DNA of 64,000 nucleotides from Sphaerodactylus townsendi (Eukaryota). Position numbers and translations under genes: made by a program. The notes below the pieces were generated by a model. That model was not told the DNA's origin. It did no database searches and was given only the letters and a program-made list of their open reading frames with translations. Positions 55,824-64,000 of this stretch are shown here, piece after piece. The DNA lies in assembly GCF_021028975.2 (NCBI RefSeq), contig NC_059437.1:22630001-22694000 (forward strand). The letters run 5' to 3'. Positions within the stretch are counted from its first letter, which is position 1, and each line of letters opens with the position of its first letter.

Positions 55824-58800
55824 AAATAGATAGATTCTCTACCTTAAATCAGTGGGTTGCATTGGATGTCTGTGGCCAGAGTGAAGCAGTTCCTCTGCTC
55901 ACAAGTTTTGTTAATTCAGCCAGATAGAAACCAGGAATTTAACCGGCTTGAATGAAGAGTGACTTGATTTGTTCCAGAATGCATGTTAGCTTTGTAAAAT
56001 GAAAAACAAAGAGCTGTATATATTTTGATTTGGAATGGCGAGACCAGGGTTCAACATGCAGCTCGCTAGGAAGGTATGGACATGCCGTTTGTCTTGCCTC
56101 GTGGCGTGCTGAGTAGGAAAGTGGAATGACTTCCTGAGTGCTGCCTTGAGGTCCATGGATGAAGGTTGGGGAACCAGTATGATTTAAAACACAATCAAGA
56201 TAAATGCACTTGGCAGAGGCTCAGTTGCATGCGAGGAAGGGTCAGTAGTGGGGCACGCTCTTTGTGGTATGGAAGGTCCCCCCGTTCCATTTGCTGTGAA
56301 ATTATTTCAAGTTCAAGTGCACATCCAGGGACTCTGGACTGCTTCAGCTTGGCAGAATCAGCACTACTGGGTCAAGACGGCCAATGCCTGTAAGGCAGTT
56401 TCCTATATATATTATCATATTTCCAAACTGTAATGCCCTCTGGTTTTCAAATTAATATTTTAATCCCTATTTTAAAGCCCCACCCCCGCCCCCAGGAAGC
56501 AGTTGCCAAAAGAGGCAGTCTGGCTGTTTTAACGATCCTAAGGGTAAAGGAATAGATTTTGTGCATTGCCTTTCATACGTCCTTTTGTAGCCCAATGCTA
56601 CATTTATGATGGTGGACTTGAATGGTGGGCATGCAAGAAGAATTCATATATCAATCTAACATGCAGCAAAACTCTTGAAGGCTTTCATTAGGATGGCATA
56701 GTTTGTCTTCCTTTGATAACAGCAAATAAATGAAATGTGAAGCTGCTGGCCTTTTATACTCCATGATATTTATACTCCATAATACATTTTCCACAAGAGT
56801 AAATACTTGTTGAAGTTTACTGTTTCACTTCAATTGGGCTCATTCTGCACGTGGGCAGCGGAATGCAGAGCTCTACTGGAGTCCAGCATTTTCTTCCTTC
56901 TTCACCACTTCCAGCTGTCCCAATGCTTGGTGAGCTGCTGGGTGTGCTTGAAAAGGAACTGAGCGTCAACTTCCTTGCATCTCCTTGAATTATTAAGCAG
57001 CCTGCTCTTCCAGTGCTTCTGCCTGTTTCTGCCAGGAGTAGCCATATGTGAAGCATGATTTTTATTTAATTCATTTATATATCCCACCTCTCCCTATGGG
57101 GAACCCCAAGTGGCTTACAACAACCCTGAGAGGTAGGTCAGGCTGAGAGTGTGTGCGTTCACCCAGCAAGCTTCCATGGTGGAGTGGGGATTTAAACTTG
57201 GGTGTCCCAGATCAAAGTCCGACAATCTAACCAGTGTACCATGCTGAGGGGTGAGTTGCTGGTGGTTTCAAGACAAGGTACAAGAAAGGGGTGTTCTGGT
57301 CACTGTGCCACAAGCTTAGTAGAGCAACAGTGCAATGCCTGCCCACTATGGAAGGAGAGGAGATGCTTACGGAAACAGCTTCACTCTCTTAATGAGAAAT
57401 GAGCAGAGCTCCTCTGTTCGCTTGTTGGCAATAAAAAATAGGACACTTTTAAAGAGCCCCTGACATATTACTAAGCAGATCTTTCTCTGTGTTGTACATC
57501 ACTGGGCCTGTTTAACATGATTTGGCAACCTTTTCTCGATTGTAACAATATTTGGCAGCTGCTTCCAGGCAAATGAGAATTAGCTGACTGTTTTGACGTG
57601 TGTGGCTTTTGACAAGCAAGAAGTGAATTTAGCACAAACGGAGAACGTCTTAATTCTGAAGGAATGACTCATGTTATCTTTCTTGGGCCTGGGCTGGAGA
57701 AACTACACAGTGTGTAACTGGCCAGTGTAAGAGGTGGAGAGTACTTTATAGTTGCCATGGGAACACTACCCAAAATGGCTTCTCCTAGAGGCAAATGATC
57801 CCCGCATCATCTGTAATGTGTAGGAAAGGGCATCTTGTCATTTGGGCCCACACATTGCAGACATGCTTGTGCTCTCAGTGCCTTCTAGGAAGGGTGCAGA
57901 AATGTTTAATGTGCTGTCTGAGATATGTATGATAAGCACAAGGAATTGTTTGCTGCAGGGGAAGACATTTTGAGCAGTACCATAGTGTGTGCTATATAGT
58001 ACATGCTATGGTGAAGACCCGGAGCTTAGTACTACCATGAGGTGAGGTGTAACAGCTGACTTGGTACCACATTTGGAACATCTTTAAGTTCAGGAAAGTG
58101 GGAGGTGGCTGTGGCCCCTGGGGCACACTCCACCCAGGACTCCTCTTGTGCATTGAAATACTGTCTACGGGAGTATGGTATGGGCTCAGGCCCAGTGAGA
58201 TCCTGGAGGTGAATGACTCTTCTGGTGGCATGGGTTATTGTAGGCAACAGACACAGCATACCAGCAGCATATGAGCAGAGGATTCTGGGTACCAAAAGAA
58301 AGAAAGACTGATGCCTTCATGCTCCCCTTCTGAGCGTCCCAGAGATACTGGCTGACTACTGTTAAAAGCAGGATTCTGATCTAGATGGACCCTTGGTCTT
58401 GACTTTTATATTTTTGATGGATAAATATGCATGCACGGGAGCTGAAGTGTTCTTGAGGAAAGCTCACGTGAAAATGCTGAGAACTGGAGTGTCTTTTGGA
58501 AAATGTATCCATTCCGTACTCTGATTTCACTTAAAGTCAGCAGCAACCAAAGTTTGTTATTTCTGGAACATCCTTTTTGCTAATCGATTATGTTAAAATA
58601 AACTTGTATCTCAATAAACGTGAAAGGTTGAGTATTGAAAGAGGTTTTTTTTCTTTTGTCAACAAATGATGGCCTTTTATTAGTTTAGAAAGAAAAGCTG
58701 AAACATGTTTGCCAGTCAAGTGATTGTATCTACGTAGGTTATTTCAAGCAGGGATGAAATCTTTGGTCCACAGGCTATTAATACTGATCCAGTAGTTTTA

Positions 58801-61161
58801 CACACGCACTCACTTCAATGAATTAACTTGTGTGTTTACTTTTGAGCATGCGTCTACCCGCTTAGCACCATCGGAAGACTGCATGTCCTCTTTTTTTCAT
58901 TCCCTTATTTAGAAGGAGATGTCTTGTGCTTGGCTTCAAAGCACTATGTGCAGTGCTGCTTACAGGAACTAGTTTCACCACAGTAACACCTTACTTATGA
59001 GATTATGAAAGCAAGTCTGATGGATTTTTTAAACTGAAAATCACCTTTTAAAATTTGTTCATAATATTTGTTGTATTACAAAATCAAAACAAAATCTTAA
59101 ATTCCTGGATACATCCATACAAATTAAAATGACAGTTATAGTTAACAAAGACTTCCAACCTTCGCCCCAACACAGATCCTCCACACAGATTAAGTGGGCA
59201 TCTTAATAAGAATATGAGCCCCTGTTTTGCTTGGCAAGGGCTTTGTGAAGTGTACAAATGTTTGTTGCAGGGGAAGGTTTGGAATTTAGTAAGAGATTAA
59301 GCAGAGGTGGTGTGCTGCCCAGATACCATGTAGTATGGGAGAAGGTTACATCAAACTATTTTATTTACTTCATTTATATTCAACTTTCTCATTGAGAACC
59401 GAAGACAGATTGCTTAAAGTAAGGTAATCAAATAGTGCAAGACACCTAATCATTCAACAAAGCTAGGCTTGTAAAGATTAGGAACACTTTTTTTTTTTTG
59501 CAGTATCAGATATGATATGTCAAGCTGTTCAGAAAGTGCAATTGCAAAATCTACAAAAACAATGCAGTAAGTGCAGAATAATACATAACGACAACTGGAT
59601 AATACCAGCATTTTTTATACTAACCGTAAGAACGAAGCTAGATTTGTGTTTGGATCCATAATGGAGATAACTGGAAGTCACTAAATATGTATATAGGGAT
59701 GTCTATGAAATGCATGTGTTTTTTCATTTAATTATTACAGTCGAGAGGGAGATTAGATTTGGGTTTTTTCTTTTTTTCATATGTGATGTTTATATGTGCA
59801 AAACAAATAAAAAAACTTGAAAAAACTACAAATGGATAATTCTAGAGGAATCTATTAAACTTGAGCGAGGTCCTCCTCCCCATTGTTGTGCTCACCGGGT
59901 TGCCCGTCTCCTTCACTGGCCTACCTGCATCCCAGCCATAATTTCTTCTCACTCAGCTATCCATTTTCAGTGGTACCATGTCAGCAGTGAGGTGGGAAGG
60001 GGAGAGCTCCTGTGTTTCTTCTCCCATCCACTCTCAGTGGTAGTCAGAATAAAATTGCCTGCATAAGCAGAGACAACTGCTCTCTGTTTGAGTTTTTTTT
60101 TTTCCCCTGGAACCTTCTCCATTTTTTTTTTAGTTTGGAATTTTTCAGCTGACCAGATTCCAATCTGCAGATTTAAGTATCCGCTGTAGGAGCAACATTG
60201 ACTATTATATATGTTGATAAAACATACACAGAGGCACAAACAAAATTCCTGTTCTCTTTATAAAAGTGCTTTCTGTTGTAATATTGCCTTTCTTCTGATT
60301 GGTTCAAAGTGGCATTCTGCTGTTGCATGTTAAGATTGTGTCATGAAAACAGCAGCAAAACTACAGCAGCTCAAATATACCCTTCCTCACCTCTATAAAG
60401 CACCCACCCCACTCAGGGACAGAATGGTTAGATTTGCAGCCAGGCCTTTGTGCTGTGCTTTCTGGTTGGTCTTCCCAAACCACTGCTCTCTGCTCTGTCC
60501 TTCCTGTGAACTCCTTGCAGGAAAAAGTCTTTGCACTTTTGAGAATTCTTCACACTTTATTTCCGGGACTGGCTGGAGGAAAGTAGTACTGGGAAACTGT
60601 CTCGGTCTAGGACTCTAGGTAGTTTGCCGTTTCTGTGCCCTTTGTCAAGGACTCAAGGACATAAAGGAGAATTCAGTCAGAGCTGCTGGAAACTGTGAGT
60701 TCAGATGGCATAGACTGTTTGGATTCCAGAGGGCTGAACAGACATAGCACGATAATAATGAGAAGCTCGGTTTATGCATTTTGCTTTTCATTGGCTGGTA
60801 GTGGTATAGAACCCCTCTCCCCAATCTAATTTCCTCTTCCCGTCCTCAGATCAATTTGCTGGCTTCAGAAACACCAGGGGGAGAGAGTGGAAAAACAGAA
60901 GCTCCCCTCAGTGTTCAGAAGTTTCATGCAGTCACAGCAAGCAGCATATGTATCCCACCAGGGATGCTTGCCATTACAAAACAGCATTTCCCCTTTGTAG
61001 TTGGAGGCCATCAAGAAATACATTCGTTCCTTTCTTCTGATGAAAATTGACCACATTCTAAATGGAAAGATGATCACATATAAACAGGCTTGCAGTTGCA
61101 TGGGTAGTCTCTTTCGTTGCTTGATAATGAATGGAAAAGTTTTACACCTGATAAACTCCTA

Positions 61162-61301
61162 GGCTGATTCCGCATGGGCCAAAAACAGCAGTGTGAAAAC
61201 GGTGTGAAAACAGTATAAACCCTTTTACACCGTTTTAAACCCTTTTACGCCATTTTCACACCATTTTCACACTGCTGTTTTTGGCCCATGCGGAATCAGC
61301 C
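61162..61301. mobile_element. PIF/Harbinger-like palindromic MITE
   Basis: Long TIR ggctgattccgcatgggccaaaaacagcagtgtgaaaa / ttttcacactgctgtttttggcccatgcggaatcagcc; 3-bp TSD CTA. Confidence 0.8.
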
Positions 61302-64000
61302 CTAACTAGTTATTTTAGGACCATGTGTCTCAAAAAAAAAAAATCTACCTTGAAATTTGCATGCATCTTTGTTTGGAAGACAAGCCTCTAGCTAGCAGTA
61401 TACATCTTTTAACAACAACAACAACAACAACACTGGTTTAATTCCGCCTGCAGTTCTGTGGAATTTCTGATAGCTCTTTCCGAATCCTGGGATTAAGGCT
61501 GCTGTCTTGACATCTTGTGTATGGGCTTCCTGGAATCATCTGGCTGGCCACTGCTGGAAACAGGATGCTGGCCTAGTTGGGCCCTTGATCTAATCCAGGA
61601 GGGCTCTTCCTTATTTTTCTTTTCATTTTTTGTTGTAGAATATAGTGAAGACTATAGCACTGCACACAGTTATGGATTTCTGGTTTCCAACTGAAAGTCA
61701 TTGTTTGAAGGGCAGAAATGCATTTATGGGCCAAAGGAACCTATAAATTGTAATTCTGTGCTGCTCTGCTTATCTGCTGTTGATTACCAATTCATGACAG
61801 TGTTCCATTTGACAGTATTCCTACTGTATGTAAGCACTATTTATTTTATCTATTTTGTGGCATTCGTAAATTGTTTTTCAAGTCTCAGCATTGTTTCTGT
61901 AGACAAAAACATAAATAAAATCACTTAGAATGCCAATAAAACAAAACCATTAATACAATAACTGGCCAACTTACCCCAATAATCAGTAGAACCTTCTGTT
62001 GCCCTTACAAGGGGAATAAGTACAGCCCTCACATCACACAGAAGTGGAGCCTTCACTCCATAGGTCAGTGGTGGCAAACCTATGGCACTCCAGATGTTCA
62101 TGCTGGAAGGGGCTGATGGGAATTGTAGTCCATGAACATCTGGAGTGCCATAGGTCGTGATCCATGTAATCTCCTTGTTGGAATAGATGCAATGTAAGTA
62201 TACTGAGTGGTTTGTCCCAGTCAACAAGCTGCTTTTTCTAATTGAAGTTTCTAAATTATCTTCAAGGGCAGACCCACTGAGCACAATTTAATAATCTAGC
62301 CTTTAGGGTACATTCACACTGATCAGTGTGACCTCATGGGTTTAGAAGGTTGCTCATTTTACAAGCCACAGATAACTGGGAAAAATTATGTGGACTGCTT
62401 AACTACTCATATGCATCTAGTATATAATTAGGCATACCCTGATTATGGTTACTCAGTGATAACTATTTATGACTCCTTTGTAACAGAAGGAGAGAAACTT
62501 TGGACCGCTTAACTGCTGAATTTCTGCATGGGTGCAGATAGAACATCACTAGTGGAGCGCATACTGAACTGGGTTAGTCATCCCTCCTGAATCCACAGGC
62601 ATAGTTGTGCTTGACTTGCAGAGTCCTTGTGTTTGTGGTAGGAAGCCTATCCCCAGCTTGTGTGCCCTGCCTGCCCTGGAGCAGTAGTGTACTGTTCTTT
62701 TCCTCCACCGTTTTTTTCTTGCTTGCCAGAAAAACAGAGAATAAAATAACCCATGTAAACAGTTTGTATGGAAATATTCTGTATCATGAACCACCCCTTA
62801 GAACAGTCGTGTTCAGACTTTCTCCTTGTAGAGACCCTTTCCATATGCTGATTTATCTGCCAGAGAACCATTGGACATTTTCTATGGAAATCCAAGGGCT
62901 TGTGGGAGATTCTGGGGACATGTCCCAGGTTATGTGGGCTTGGCTCAGCCTTCAGTGCTGCCCCCTGTGCACTGAGACACTCAGTTGTGTGGCCATACTG
63001 TCTTTAAGAAAAGCTTGCCAGCCGTTAATGGTATCCTTAATAAATTTGTGGGGGAAACCAACTCTCCCCACCAGTTTCATGGGCACAGTTTGAGGACTAT
63101 TATCACAGAAGAAATGGAATTTTTATTTACTTCACTTATACCCTGTTTTTCTCACCAATGGAAGTGGCTTACATTGTTCTCTTGTCCTCCATTTTATCCT
63201 CATAATAACCCCATAAGGTAGGTTACTTTGAGAGTATGTTATGGGGCTATGGTTTCCCCCACAAGCCCCCATGACACATTGAAGATTCAAACCCGGGTCT
63301 TCCAGATTCTCATTCAAGATTCTAACTATTTCACCACAGTGCTGTTTCTGAACATAACAACTAAGATTCTAGTGCAGCTGCTACCTAAATTGCAGAGTGC
63401 ATTCTTTTAAGAAAATTGTTTTTGTATGATGAAGTTACATTTTTTCATGATGAAGAAAGACCCACAGACATGCTTGTTGGTGATGCACCTGAGACTGAAA
63501 ACACAATGAGGTATTTATCTTTCTCAGCAGGATCTTCTATAATTGGACTCCTGTAATTGGATGTATTTTTCTGTAGGTGCTTCTTGCAACACACTCCCCT
63601 GGTAAAGCACAGGAGCAACACAGATGCATGTTGCTTACTTTTTCAGTTGCTAAAGATATGGCATTTGTGTGCTTTCAAGAAGGTTGTAGACTGCAGTTTT
63701 TATGCAAAAAACAAGAACTCAGTAGAAGAGAGAGGTTGGATAAGGGGTCTCTAGTTTTGCTGAGCTAGGGACACATTTGGATCCTGAGAACTGAGAACAT
63801 TTTTAAATATCACTTAAAAATGGCTGCCACTAGGGACTAAGGACACTTGCAAAATGTTGAGAATTTCCAAGCTAAGCATTGCCCTACCTGCAACGAAGGC
63901 AGCTGTTTTTAAAAGGCCACTTCCTGCAACGTTCATACCTCCTGGGTTCTTCTGAAGTGCTTTCTGCTCTAGTGAAGCTGAGGAAATGCAAGACCAGCTC

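Overview
Vertebrate nuclear DNA, almost certainly a squamate reptile (gecko-like; inferred from the SINE/MITE repertoire, not proven). It is the block syntenic to human Xq24: AKAP14 (-, 5' coding exon only), an extra 5-exon gene for a secreted, probably GPI-anchored single-Reeler-domain protein (+), NDUFA1 (-, complete), a ~0.5 kb bidirectional CpG promoter with no RNF113A, UPF3B (+, complete, 480 aa), RPL39 (+, complete, hosting SNORA69), SOWAHD (-, single-exon CDS) and SEPTIN6 (+, first exon only). Exon boundaries were read by hand from splice sites and reading frame. Gene identities rest on my recall of the orthologous proteins; no database search was run. Main observations: (1) the stand-alone Reeler gene between AKAP14 and NDUFA1; (2) several potential NMD-coupled autoregulatory features in UPF3B (in-frame GC donor competing with a frameshifting GT donor 4 nt downstream, a stop-containing remnant of the alternative VHR exon, uORFs); (3) a tailless 5S rRNA retrocopy with a TSD inside a MITE; (4) an exact 30-nt SNORA69 copy at a LINE deletion junction; (5) a duplicated poly(A) cassette downstream of SOWAHD; (6) a nested L2/Penelope/LTR stack with a decayed hammerhead ribozyme. 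Most ORFs in the supplied track are spurious.
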